Counted from the stretch's first letter, positions 12,240 through 25,505 are shown. The stretch is DNA of 64,000 nt from Oopsacas minuta (GCA_024704765.1 JAKMXF010000099.1:320432-384431); one strand, 5' to 3'. Numbers and translations are program-made. Notes: generated from the sequence alone by a model not told the origin.

Positions 12240-12541
12240 TTTCAGAAACAAGAGGAATCTCAGATGTCACAGTAATTTTATGCAGATTCAAAAATGGCAG
12301 TTTTCTGTATAATTCATTATCTATTTTACAAATTGCTTCTAGCCTAAAAGATTATATTTATATGAAACAACATGGAGCCTATTTGTCCAAAATAAATGTA
12401 AAGAATACATGTAGTGATGAACATGCTCACTCTTTACAGGATCCTATCTCAACAAAATCAAGCAATATTAATAATCCCAGAAAATATTCCCACGAAACCG
12501 TTCACGTTTATGTGGACCTTATTGAAAAGAACGTTCTGCAG
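12240..12541 (+). CDS. Exon of START-domain protein (end of START 1, linker, first helix of START 2)
   Basis: Acceptor TTTTTTCTTCCTCAATACAG|, 100 open codons (SETRGISDVTVILC...QIASSLKDYIY...HETVHVYVDLIEKNVLQ), donor CAG|GTTAGA phase 0, matching the phase-0 exon at 23523. Alternative acceptor at 12439/12440. Confidence 0.65.
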
Positions 12542-13932
12542 GTTAGACTGCTTGAGATTTTCCTTTCGAATTATTTCTTTCCGTATATTTATTTTGTTTT
12601 GATGAGTCTTTCGTTCGTTTACCTTGTACTGTTAGATAACTGTCGCTTTGAGTTCCAATTATACTTGGGATCTATTCGAAGCAAATACAGTAGAACTCGA
12701 TTATGACTAAAGGCTGAAACGAATGTTCGATTTAATTTCGTTTTTGATTAGGGTTTATCGAATTTTCCTAATATTCCATTAAAAAATATTCTTTAAAATA
12801 TTCGTTTGATACTTTTTTAATGAACAACGTTTGTATTAACGCTTTTCATTTCTAATTGTGATCATAAATCATAATAGATCATAATAGATCATAACACCTG
12901 ATTATAATTATCATATTTCTATCATAATAATTTAAACTAACGCGCTTCATGTGTACACACTGAATCTATTTCGTGTGTATGCGTACACAAGAACCTTTTC
13001 GGGTCTACACCTACACATGATACAAAATCGGAGCAGTTGGTAAGTATGATAACTACCTCATCATGGAACATTTACAGTTACAATACTATCCCTGTCGATC
13101 AAACACATTTAATGACCCATATGCAGATTTTTCTAGTACACTGAATCAGTGGCTTCGTGTTATATGTGCCTGTGGGGTCCGTGCCTCCACAAATATTTTC
13201 CGACTTCCCACATCATTACTCCAAGGGACCAGAAAGATCTCCTTAGTGGGCTAATTGCAAATCAAATGTTATTTCTTGTGAAGAGTTTCGCTCCTTGACC
13301 TTACTGACTGTTTACAGTGCCCTCATCCAGAACGTGTTGCACACTAGATTGAATTTGAGTCCCCCCAGATTTTAATGCCACTGAGTGATTGTATCATTTG
13401 TACATGTACACCCGAAAAGGTTAGTGTGTACACTTAGACACTATATTCTTGAATATCTTGCGACATATATTCTTTTCTTTAGTTTGTAGGTATAAGTAAA
13501 CTTATACCAGTTGACAACTTCGCAATTACGAGTAGACTGTTTTAGTTATTTATCAGGTATATTTCCCTCTACTAAGCTATATGTCTCACAAAGATAAATC
13601 TGATTTGTAAACTTCACTCTCCAAAAGAATGCTGTTCATTCAATCTTGAAACAATGTGTACCATTGGCTAAGATATGATGATGAATGAGATGCACTATTC
13701 TGTTATGTATGTGAACTTGATTCTAAGAATCCTACATCTAACAGCACCTATATCGCGGAAGACTATGAGCTTAGAGAATCACCTCTATAGGCAATGTTCA
13801 CCTAAAAGCCGAGGCAGCTGTGCTTGCCACTGAAAGCCCTCATAAAAATATTTAAGCGGTTGAAAAGGGAATCATTGGATAACATGCGATACATATTCAA
13901 CACTGCATATTTTGTTGTCCTGGAAAATTTAG

Positions 13933-14085
13933 CTTTACGAAATTCGGAATGTTTTGGCCTCTCCAGCCTCTAAATGGAGTTGGAATCGGGGCTCTATACA
14001 CAAAGGATGAGCGTACCCTTGAATTTGCTGCATACATTGTCGAAGCTATGAGACTAATTCAGTCTGAACAACTAAAACAAGTCAG
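13933..14085 (+). CDS. Exon of an unidentified intron-nested gene or pseudogene
   Basis: TTTAG|C...AG|GTATTT, phase 2-2, 153 bp: FTKFGMFWPLQPLNGVGIGALYTKDERTLEFAAYIVEAMRLIQSEQLKQV. Confidence 0.5.
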
Positions 14086-14153
14086 GTATTTAGTGTTACG
14101 GCAGATTCTTCTACTGATAGATGTCTCAGTGAAAATGAAATGATTTGTATCAG

Positions 14154-14331
14154 ATACTTCAGTCAAGGAAATTACTTACCCAAGTCATTTTACGCAGGAC
14201 TTGGAACTCTTGGAAAGGCTGACGCCAAAGGAATTCTAGAAAGAATTGATCAAATTTTGCCGAAGCGAGTTTGGACAGATTTCACAGTGGCACACACCCT
14301 GGAAATTGATCAAAATTTCACCCGATATTTG
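14154..14331 (+). CDS. Next exon of the same unidentified nested gene or pseudogene
   Basis: 68-bp GT-AG intron (14086-14153) joins in frame to YFSQGNYLPKSFYAGLGTLGKADAKGILERIDQILPKRVWTDFTVAHTLEIDQNFTRYL; donor GTAACA at 14332. Confidence 0.5.
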
Positions 14332-15392
14332 GTAACAATTTAATGTTCATTGTGAAGTGAATTATCCCATTACTTGAAATATCCAAAAATTGTAATAATT
14401 CATCATCTAATTCAGCTACAATTGGAATGCATATACGCAGTGAATATTTCTTGCTCAGAAATTATTCTTGAAAACCGCAAATATTCATTTATATCAATGA
14501 ACTTAGATTCTGGTATCTAGGCAACTAACACATTTCAAGGGGTTAATCAATGTTCCATGTATTAGATGGAGCCATAGTTTGGAGATAAAGTGCATAACAT
14601 GACCATAGCTCAGGGGGACATTTTACCTCCCCCCTTCAAATCACCTAGAAAAATTCCTGCATTCCAAGACTTCATTCGATTGCATTCTCGACCACTTTCT
14701 TATTGCAGTGATTACATAAGCGGAGTTCTAAATAATGAATCCTTAAAATATCTCAAACATTTTGATAAAATTTATACTTGAAAGTACTATACGTTATATT
14801 GACGAATGCTTTCATGGAAATGAAGTATCATATGCTTTAGTGTTATCTTTCCAGCTGACTGGCCAAGTTAATTTTCCCTATTAGCCCGTATTGGTAAGCC
14901 TGAAATGTAATCTTTAACAAACCATTTTATTAGGGTATTGCCAAATGATTGATTTGTGGCAAGATTTTTTGCGAGTGGACGGAATTCAAGGTTGCAGTTG
15001 CATATCAACAGAAGAAGCAGGATACTATTGATCATATTGGAATGCAGAATCGAGTTCGAATGTTCTAGGAGTTCCATAAACTATATTTGCTTTGCTAGAA
15101 TTCGCTGGTGATGCCTTGGAGTACAGCTTCAAGTTAACGAGGATTCTCTGCTTTGAATCTTATCAAGACCTCTCTTAGAAGTTGTTTATAGCACGTTTTA
15201 AATGATGATTTATTGCACATTTCAGTAAATGGCTCACTTCTGAATACATTCTCTGCGGATGAAGCTCTAGAACTGTGATGTACAGGCATGTATACGGACA
15301 TAAAACTCCGAAGACGCTTCAAAGTGATCAAATTGTATGTGTTGCTATTGCCGATCACTCTATAGATACATCACAGTCTAATGAGTCTATGC

Positions 15393-17753
15393 CAGGGGGT
15401 TTTCAACCAGTGGGTCGCGAGAGCTTTTTCAGTGGGTCGTGGAAGGTAGGAATTTTACTGAATTTCAGTGATTCTATTACTATTAATTTGTGGTTAGTGT
15501 CGCATTGCGTAATTAGAAACCCTATTGTCATTATATGACATCATTGTATTGATTATGAAATAACATAGGAGAAATAGAATCTTGAAGGAATACATACAAT
15601 TCGTGACATGTCACGAATTGTAATGGCACGAATTGTATGTATTCCAATATTGAAGTGTAGTATTTTATTAAATACCCTATGCAGTCCAGGCTTGTATGTA
15701 CAACAAAGAATTATATAAAGACATTTCTAGGCCTTTCAACTTTAACAAGTCCTTCTAATTGTATTTTACTTAAATGGCAACTAAACGTGCTCCGAAGAGT
15801 GCTTACTCAGATGATTATCTGAAATTTGGATTCACAAGTATAGTAATTGAAGGTATTGACAAACCACAATGCGTGATATGTCTGAAAGTATTATCTGCAG
15901 AGTCTATGAAGCCGTTTCAGCTTAAAAGACATTTTGAGAAAGAACATCCAACATATAATAACCGAGATGTTTCTTTCTTCCAAAAACAATCTCAATCTGT
16001 CAAGAAATCTAGACTTGATACGACAGGACAGACAGCTATCACTATAAGAGCCGCAGTTGAAGCATCATATGTTGTGTCACTACGTATTTCTAAATCTAAG
16101 AAACCCCATACTATTGGTGAAGAGCTAGTTTTGCCCTGCACGAAAGACATTGTGCGCATAATGATTGGAGCAGATGCAGTAAAAAAACTAAGTTCGTTGT
16201 CAATTTCAGATAACACTGTTCAGCGCAGAATTCAAGAAATGTCAGAGGATATTAAGAACCAAGTTGTGGAGCAAATCAAATAGTCACCCATCTTTGTTTT
16301 GCAATTAGATGAGTCAACTGATGTTTCTTCTTGTGCTCAGCTGATGATATATGTACGTTATATCCACGATTCTAACTTCAAAGAAGAGTTCCTGTTTTGT
16401 CAGCCACTTGATTCTCAAACACGTGGAATTGATGTTTTCAACAAAGTAGACACCTTTTTTTTGTAAAAGAAGGTCTCGATTGGAAAAAAGTTGGGGCTGT
16501 TTGCACAGATGGCGCTCCTTCTATGTTGGGAAACCTTTCTGGGTTCCAGACACGCGTTAGACAGTTTGTCTCAGATGTGATAACAAATCACTGTAGGATT
16601 CACCGAGAAGCCCTTGCAGCGAAGACTTTGCCAGCCTCGCTAAATGTTATCTTGCAGGAGGTAATTAAAATAGTCAATTTCGTTAAAAGTAGCGCACTCA
16701 ACACTCGTCTCTTCAGAAATCTTTGTTTAGATATGGATGCTGCGTATATGAATCTGTTATATCACACTGAAATTAGATGGCTTTCAAAGGGCAATGTTTT
16801 GAAACGTGTTCTAGACCTCAAGGAAGAAACAACAGAATTTTTAAAACTCCAAAAGCGGACGCATTGGCATGATTTATTCGAAAATCACGAATGGATTACT
16901 AGACTTTGTTATCTTTGCGATATTTTTGAAAGACTCAATACTCTGAACCTCTCATTGCAAGGTAAAGATAGTAATATTATGGATTTTGTAGACAAGCTTT
17001 CTGCCTTTCTAGCAATGCTTGACCTCTGGAGAAACAGGATAAATAGTGGTAGGATTACAATGTTTTCTCACCTCTGTAGCTATGTTGAAGATTGCGAAAT
17101 TAGTATCAGCGAAGCTTTGCAAAATGACATTGCAACGCACTTGCAATCACGTAAAGATGAATTCTCTAGATACTTTCCAGAAACAACAAAATCCAAATTT
17201 AATCTTGTTCGAAATCCTTTTCTGGCCAAAATAGATGACTGCATTCCTGATAATCAGGATGCAGCACAGGAGGATTTCATCAAACTTGTAAACGATTCAG
17301 GAGCACAAACATTATTTTCAAGAGTTGATTTGCCATCTTTTTGGAGTTCTATGCTTGGAAGCTATCCAATAGTATCACAAATTGCCCTGAAGTTACTCAT
17401 GCCATTCCCATCAACTTATTTGTGTGAAGCGGCGTTTTCTAGCATGCTAGTAATCAAAACTAAGGCTAGAAATAGACTTGATGTCGAATCAGATCTACGC
17501 TGCTGCTTAGCAATAACACAGCCTAGAATTCAAAAGCTAGTTGATGAAAAACAACATCAAAAATCACATTAAATAATCATGTGTGACAATTATTATTATT
17601 GTAGATGTAGTAAATTTACATTAGAATAATATATACGAGTTAAGTACATACATTTTGAAGTTTACGTTTTGGGTATGCCTTCATCGGGTGGGGCGCGAAC
17701 GCTTTAAAAAGTTGGAAAGTGGGTCGTGGTCAGAAAAAGGTTGAAAACCCCTG
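15393..17753 (+). mobile_element. hAT transposon, Buster/Charlie (ZBED5-like) type, full length
   Basis: TIRs CAGGGGGTTTTCAACC / GGTTGAAAACCCCTG; perfect 8-bp TSD GTCTATGC (15385-15392 and 17754-17761); 2361 bp. Confidence 0.95.
15774..17572 (+). pseudogene. Buster-type transposase, nearly intact
   Basis: PQCVICLKVL...LKRHF (BED-like), LQLDESTD, CTDGAPSM, HCRIHREAL, TEIRWLSKG, STYLCEAAFS; only a TAG at 16281-16283 and a frameshift in a T8 run near 16455-16462 break the frame. Confidence 0.93.
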
Positions 17754-19687
17754 GTCTATGCATACGTATTTTGAATTATTAGAAGAAGAATTGAGATGTG
17801 GCTAGTGAGTCACTGAATAACCGTGCATTTCTACCATTTTCAATTCACTTTAATCACTGGTGGCTTATTTAGCCACCACCCAGGGACGTGGATGCCAGGT
17901 TACTACCAATACTTTTTCATTTTGTCGAGCACTGGTACGTATAGATATATTAATTGGATTTTGATAATACTATAGATCATTATTTCGAACGAGTATTCGA
18001 ATATTCATTATATTCGTTTCAGCCCTGGTTGAGACTTACTCTCGTGGGAGACCATGATAGCACATAGTACCCGGTTACGGCTTATTCGAGTACTTATAAC
18101 GAATACATACTAACCAACTATTCTTATCCGAGAACATATTACTTGAGGTTATCAGTTTCAGTATTATTCTACGTACATTGTATATTAATGAATAAACTAG
18201 AGATAGTTGATAACAGTTTGGACAGTGAAGCCTCCCTAATACCAACCTCATTAATCAGAATCCTTATAATCCGGACAGGTCCGAATGGCCAATGGCCAAA
18301 TCACCTAATTGTTTCCAATTACAAATTACAATATTACACAGTTTTACTGCCTTGCATCGTTGGTGTAATTTTCGGAAAAATAGCTCCTTTAACATACAGT
18401 ATTGTTTCAATACATTTCGCTAATCTGAACAAATTACTTTGCTATTGGAACAGCGCTGTTCGATTAGCTAGGATGTAATGTAATTTCAGATCTCTAAAGA
18501 TAGCTAAATTGCTTATGATATTGTGCTTTCATATATGATATCATGTAGGATGCGAATATGTACAAGTATACTTATCATTGAGAACCTCCTATCCAACTAC
18601 GTATTTAACGATCACGTCTTTTCCCAGTATGTATAGACCAAGTGTAAATTCAATACATTTTTTTTCTGCACCAATTACAACTAACCAGGATCGATTTCGT
18701 TTGGCCATATCTTTTCTCTTGACCAAGTAAAGAGTTACTCACATTCTTTAAATCTTGTTGTAGATTAAATTAATTGCATTAATTTAATTTCCCTACGAAA
18801 TTCCTTGCGACTTTGTATCTGCCATTCGTCAACATTTACCCTGGCATTATAGCAGTAGGAGAACCTATTATTTGATAATTATGTGTTTAGCTTCTAAAAG
18901 CAATAAGATTATTACGTAAGACATAGTGGTATAAAATGAATATTTTTCATTTACCTTTTCAAACTTATACCCATTATCTAAATGTTCTAGTCAAATACAG
19001 GGCTGTGAAATTCTTTCTCTTTCGAAAGGTGTTGAACATTTTTACATTTCCTTTCATAAGTTTCTTTCCATGCGAGACAAAGTTTGACCAGTGTGGAATA
19101 GTTGCATCTAGTATCCAATTGAATAGCAAAGAGGAGAAGCACACCCGACTGATATCAAATACATTTTCATACTGGCCCACAATACAATTACATAGCAGCA
19201 CAGTGAAACTTTATAGATATTTCTGTGTAATATGAGTGCTATGTTGCTTTCGGAATAATTTGTCTGTCGATGTTTTTGTTCTTAGCGGTTAAGACAATGG
19301 CAATGTATTTTACTATGTCCACAGTGAAAGTCAACACTTTTTTTTAATTCTAATTTTTGACAAGGGATGATGCATAAAGCGGACTCATATCCTTCTACAT
19401 AAGGCTTAATAGTAACATGTGGATTTTGGACCAGGATTGGGTTACCTGATTGTAACGAATTAGCAGCTTTGAGGTAACTATATTACCTCACTAAGTGTTT
19501 TTAGGATTATGATTAGATAATTTCGATTAATTCATTTATGATTATGTTTATGTAGACCCTACCCTTTATTTTACAAACATACTTTAATACAGGTGATGAT
19601 ATTATGTTTGAAAATATATATAACGATAACTATATAGTGAGCAACAAGAATACTACAAGTAAAGGTCTACATCATTATATTCTCGCA

Positions 19688-19757
19688 CAGTGTCCCTAAC
19701 CTTTTTGGCTATGAACACCCTATCACAGGCTGTAGACCCCAGGTTTGGGAATACTAT
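19688..19757. mobile_element. Tiny degenerate hAT-type MITE relic
   Basis: CAGTGTCCCTAACCTTT at left and AGGTTTGGGAATACTA at right form an imperfect inverted pair of Charlie-like ends. Confidence 0.35.
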
Positions 19758-20299
19758 TCTAGTAGATGCAAGACTATCACTTCACCAGAACTCATCATAT
19801 AGACAGTATTGAACACCAGAATCTGAAACTCTTCTCAAGCCGATAATTATATCTTGTGCTCTATTAACCAAAACACATACAAAATAAGCTAAAGATTCTA
19901 ACTTGTAAACAATACAATCTAAAATATGTAAATTAATAATGTTTTTCACTTCGGCTCATCGGTACCTTTAAAATCACCATTGAATTCTAATAAAAAATTT
20001 TATTTGCTAAAACAATCCCCAGCTACGAATTAAAGCCTCTGAAAGATAAATACACACTTACATCACAAAATGGACATTGTTCTCTCGCAACAATCATTTG
20101 CATATATTACGATATTCATGGATAAATTAACACTGATTTCCCTAGACTGGCCTTAATAACTTTCTCCATTAGTTCGCTGTCATTTTCATTGCCAAAATGA
20201 TATTTCAAGAATAAGCAATGGATTGTTGGACTACCTCAGGCAGATATTTCGAACTTTCACGATCGGATAACTCTATGTGCTTGAACTGATATAGAGTAT

Positions 20300-22779
20300 C
20301 GGGTTCATCGACAAGTATGTCTCTTTCAACAGTTAAGGAGTCTCAGCAAATACGAAATCGTTGATTACATTTTTAGTACTTTTGCACTGAAAGGCCAGTA
20401 ATAAACGCTAAGGACTGTATATTCTATGGTGAATAGATCTGAAAAAGCTATAATGAAAGGATCTAGGATTCTAGGTGGACTTCATTGCTAGCATCTGGAT
20501 TATTCAATGACGAGAAAGATTGAACGGACTCCTGTAAAGAGGTACTAGACACAGTCTGACTGGAAAATAGGATGAAAATATTGTATTATTTAAGCCAGCG
20601 CTTTGATTCTAATTTCTGATGGTATGATACATAATAATTTGCTCCTGGCATCATATGCTATAGTCCAGAATTGTGTTTCAACGGATCCGTCTGAAGGAAA
20701 GATGTTAATGTTAATGGATATTAGAAGCCGCAGTTCTCAACTAGAAATTTGCTATCTGTGGTAACACGAGACAAGCATGTTTGAAGCTCGAGAATGTTTA
20801 CTTGCTTAATTAGCCACATTTCTCCAGGTGGTTGCCAAGCCTCAAGCCACTAGACATTCGAGTCTGGAAGATAAAGCGGTCATCATTGAATGTTTCTTGT
20901 TTAGACAATGTGTCAGTCAAGCGAGTATTTTTGAAGGGCTAATCAACATTGATAGTCTTCCAGAGAGATAGGAGAATCCAAACGAAATCAGTAGTGTAAG
21001 AACAGGAGGACGTTTCTCATTCTGGATGGCTAGGACAGCACTTGTCGATTCATGAATAACCTCCAGCGCTAACTTAACGTTTTGACTTTCAAGATTGGAA
21101 GGATAACATGATTTAGAAGTCAAACGCGGATCAAGTTTCGCTAAGCTCTCTCTCTCAAAATTATATAGCATACAGATATGATCAGGGGAAGAATAACATT
21201 TTTAGAGGCTACGCATATTAGTCGATAGATATGAAATTCAAGCCAGGATAGTTATTCGTGATGTAGAAAATGGTTGCTTATTCGTCGAAATTATCCTCAC
21301 CGATAACTATCCCTTAATGTGAAACTTTTCAAATTCTTCTCTCCTAATCACAAACTGGAGGCCGGAGTACCAAATCCTTGTGATATACACAAGTCTTTTT
21401 CTCAAATTTTACTTTGTACCATTCGGAAAACCATTACCAATAATTGGTTAAATAATCAATGTGATAGTGAGCTCTTTCAAGGTATTATAGTGCCGAGTAA
21501 CTTCTCAGCAGATAGTGAAGCACAGGAAGTAGACGGACGATACACGACTACTTTTATACCAGCAAGAAATTATAATAGCTAAGGCTGTCTTCGTAGAATC
21601 ATCTGTACCTAGATTAGAAGCAACAATCTTTCTACTGTAAAGAAATACCTGATCCCACATGAATTCCATCCATTTGTATAATTACATGTCCTTGTTCTGA
21701 AGAAAACGCTCATGTAGATTGCTTGACATACGTGAATACCTCGCTTTCAAGACAAAACTTTAATATAACTTCTGTAGTCTATTGGAATAATTAAGAGATA
21801 GGCAAGACATGGTCTGAAGATGGTGATAAGCTGTTGGGGAGATGAGATGTGTTTTTGAGAGACAAAATCTGTGTCAGTACGTTATATCTTCGTTTATCTT
21901 TTGGATAAGACTGTTCTGGAGCTGACAAAGGACAAATTGAAACCCTGAAACATTAGTGCAAGCTATTAAGTCATCACCAATTTCAGAATCGGCATGTTAT
22001 CAATGACACATTGGGTTGGATATCGGCTGATGCAATATGAGATGCGTTATCAGAACTATTAGGAATAACCTTCAAGGTGCTGCATGCGGTTGATAAAGCC
22101 GAAATAACACTAAATCCGAATCAAGTTGTCGAATACCACAAAGTAACATAAGGAATTGGGAAAAGTTTACCATTATGATCCGAGCTTATAGTCAGGCCCA
22201 ATTCGACCGATATGTACGTATTCACTACAATCTTACAATTCTCGATATGAGGACGCATAAAAACTAATGTATATTCATTCGGATACCATGTAGACCATAT
22301 GTTATCAACTGAAAGAAAAGCTAACTTAGCTTCTAAATCTCTCAAACTTTGAATCTTGAACTTCTCCTTCCCTTTTACTCCTGGCTCTATGCTGAGTGAA
22401 ACAACTTTATTGAGAAGTTCGTCATCCTTGTCCTCTAGAGAGATAAGGCTGCGTCTGGCAAGGGTAAGTTGAATAGTAAGAAGGACTTCCAGGTAGTATA
22501 GTCGGTACAGCTCCATCTTTCAGTCTGACGGATGCAGAGTATCTCTCGGTAAGTTCTGTCTCCATTCTGCAATCTGTGGTGGTCTCGACTTCATCCTCTC
22601 TTAAATGGCTCCAAACATTTCACGTACACAATTTCAGTTTCTAAATATTCTCTCTCTGTAGTGCTCGTAGCCAAGCATGTCTGGGTTCATCAGGCTTCTG
22701 TGCATCGTGAATACAGTTATTCGGTCTTCGGGTTATAGTTACTTATACAACTTGTTGCAGAACACGTGTTGGGCATCAT
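20300..22779 (-). pseudogene. P-element (THAP9-like) transposase remnant
   Basis: THAP-like start MPNTCSATSCISNY...WLRALQRENI (22779-22640); IIQMDGIHV near 21670; RLTSKSCYPSNLESQNVKLALEVIHEST (ORF 20917-21171); FQTDPL...GANY near 20690-20640. Many stops; termini not found. Confidence 0.8.
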
Positions 22780-23522
22780 CTTAAGGTGACTAGTAAGAAC
22801 GATAACGTTTTGGAAGCGCCAGAAGGATGTGTGACAAAGAAAATACAGGATAATACCACAAAATAAATGTAATTAAATATTTTTTCAATAATGTGAAGAT
22901 ATGTTATGGAGAATATTTAATCATTTTGTGTTGTTTATATGTAATTTTATGTATGTTTACTTATGATTTTAGTAATTTTAGTTAATGAATAATTTCATCT
23001 TAAAACGCATCCTTGTTAAAGATTTCATTTTTGTATCCTAGGCTTGCATATGTCAGACACAACCAGTTAATGATCTTTAGAATGGAATCCCTTACCATCG
23101 GCTAACCTATCCCTGTTCTAAAATCCACATGTTACCATTTGGCCTTATGTAGAGTAGGATATGGCAGACCCTAAAAGTTGAAAACCGGACTTTTGGGACT
23201 AAAACCAGCACATTTCCAACATTTATCTAGTAACTAAATCTACTCTGATCCCATTCGCATGCAACTCTTTGACGGAAATAGTTGGGGCAAATTATCTGAT
23301 TGGTACTGTTTGGAACTTAATTCATATTCTTTTTGAGTTAATGATTTCTGGTAGATTTTATACTTTAAATTGTTTTATTGCAAGAATAATCCTACATGTC
23401 TTAATCGTTCTGGAATGAGACTATATGATTTAGCCAAACAATAATTTTTGAATGTTCTATATAATTTTCACTACTGCTAATATTTATATTTCTTATTGCG
23501 TTGTAATCCTTTTGACTTTTAG

Positions 23523-23683
23523 TTCCTTTCTATGACATCTGCTGGTGAAAATGAGGGATGGAGTTTTGTTGGAGTGAATAAGGATATTGAGATATGGAAA
23601 TTAGAGCCCAAGCCTGGTGAAACATCAGTATTAACTGTTCGAGGAAAGTGTACAATCAATGTTGCTCCACTCATATGTTTGAG
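23523..23683 (+). CDS. Exon of START-domain protein (START 2, N-terminal part)
   Basis: TTTTAG| ... AG|GTAAGC, phase 0-2: FLSMTSAGENEGWSFVGVNKDIEIWKLEPKPGETSVLTVRGKCTINVAPLICL (START GW...RG...I...P pattern). Confidence 0.88.
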
Positions 23684-24099
23684 GTAAGCATTATTTTCCA
23701 ATTTGTCTAATTTGTTCTTTAAAGCTGTAAAACATATACAGCCTAAATCGTCAATTTCAATTAGGGCCCTACCTTATTGGACCATATTTAGACTATGAAT
23801 CCATATGAAGTGGATGTTCACATTATTTGCATGGCATATATATATATGCATATTTCACCTAAAATGTATTTGTTACGATTTCTTCTAACTATCTTGAAAG
23901 TTTGATAGTATGTTGCTGTCCAACTGCGAATTTGGTCTATTCCCGAATGGGATGGCCCATATGCAAATGGATAACACATTGAATATTCGCGAATTGACCA
24001 ATTTGGATTGGTCCAGTGCGAAAGATTTTTAGATTACTCAATTAGTTTGTTAGTAAGTGTATTTATACATTACTATTAAATAATCTAGAAATACTAATA

Positions 24100-24560
24100 C
24101 TGTTCTGCCGGTTTGTTTTGTTGAGACAACTCTTCCTGTTGTGACATTTGAGTGACAAACTAAAGATGCTTTTCCACATGGACAACGAATAGTTGAACAA
24201 CTTTTGCACTTGCATAGGTCAGTGACACCTTGAGAAGCTTTTCGCATTCTTCGAGAAATGCTATTTTGAGGAACAACTTCTTGGAAATTGAATCCTACTT
24301 CTCCTTCGGTCATAACTTCAATACCTCTAATCCGAAATCTCTGATTAGAGATAACTGGGTTCCATATAGATCCTTTTTCGTGCGATGGAGCTGCTACCGC
24401 GACAGGAGACAATACAAAATATTTTCTGGTACGTCTTATTATTCAGAGTGACCCTCTTTTTGCAAGCTTTATGATAAATTCCGAAAAGGTGAAGTTTCGA
24501 GAAAATCAAGGTGATTCTTTTGTCAACTCATTTATATTTGAACAGATATGTGAATAATTC
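24100..24560 (-). pseudogene. Ginger/TDD-type (KRBA2/SCAND3-like) integrase C-terminal fragment
   Basis: ORF 24050-24412: VPQNSISRR...SQG...CKCKSCSTIRCPCGKASLVCHS, the Cys-rich C-terminus seen in Ginger-derived integrases; GACCAA(T/A)TT-type subterminal motifs at 23920-24020. Confidence 0.6.
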
Positions 24561-24723
24561 ACAAAGTATGTGAATAACTATCCCATAAGAGTTAAATATT
24601 TAATATATTCGTATATCACTGTGGATAAATGTGTATTAGGTAGACAGGAATTATTTTACAAAAAGTCTATTATTAGCTACAGTCCTATGACGTCATAACT
24701 TGACATGGCAAATACCTCTAGAA

Positions 24724-25297
24724 CAGTGGTTCCCAATCGGTTGTCCATGGCCCCACTTGGGGCCGCAGGACTATTTACATGGGGCCATCTGATCTCTTTA
24801 TAAACGAATAGTTTCCTCTGTCTACATATTACAATTTGTACCCAAAAATTTTTATTTTTTGAATATATGTAATAGTTTATTAGGATTTGATTAAAAGTAC
24901 ATTATCCTCCTCCCCAGAATTCTGACAATTTGTAAACCATTGATTCTTGTCACTTATTTGAGTGTCTATCGTTATTCGAAGTTTTTCCCATTCGAGTTGA
25001 TAAATATATTATTATATTGTATCCAATCCTAGCAAAGCAAAGTGCGCTCATACCGATATTATGCATTAACATTGATCGCATATAAAAGTGTTCTTTGAGT
25101 TTATCCTGAAAAAGCACAAGCAAACCTGATATTTCAAATTTCCATAATGGCAGAGTATTTTAATTTATTTTATATTACATGCCACAATAATGAGTTCGGT
25201 AATTTAACATTGTTTAATTTATGTTCAATGTATGAGGCCACCTACTTTGCTCCATGGCTCAATGGGGTCTTGGTGTGGCAAGGGTTGGGAACAACTG
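24724..25297. mobile_element. Non-autonomous hAT (Charlie/Buster-type) element
   Basis: TIRs CAGTGGTTCCCAA / TTGGGAACAACTG; TSD CTCTAGAA/CTCTAGAT (7/8); 574 bp. Confidence 0.8.
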
Positions 25298-25377
25298 CTC
25301 TAGATAATCTGATTCTACAAAAGAAGTTCTAAGGGTCGAGGACCTATAAGCAATTCATACATTGCATAGGGCTGTTG

Positions 25378-25505
25378 CGTAGGATTTGACCCGCAATACA
25401 AAATCCCTATAGCATATCCACGGTGCGGGTCAAAATCCTACGATGGAATATATGCGTAGGATTTTGACCCGCATATAATGTATTATTGTCATAGGATTTT
25501 GACTC
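25378..25505. repeat. Cluster of four TAGGATTT(T)GAC(CCGC) motifs in mixed orientation
   Basis: Direct copies at about 25380, 25457 and 25491 and an inverted copy GCGGGTCAAAATCCTA at about 25425; resembles transposon subterminal repeats. Confidence 0.6.

Noticed and set aside
12870-12896. ATCATAATAG tandem repeat as a CRISPR-like or functional array
   Set aside because: Only about three units with no spacers; ordinary microsatellite-like duplication.
13150-13250. Minus-strand WSLGVMMWEV resembling protein-kinase subdomain IX
   Set aside because: The preceding Asp is out of frame, no flanking kinase motifs or usable splice sites; possibly chance or a tiny relic.
14855-15225. Continuous decayed reading frame linking the nested gene exons
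   Set aside because: Stop density is close to that expected by chance in AT-rich DNA, so exon structure cannot be supported.
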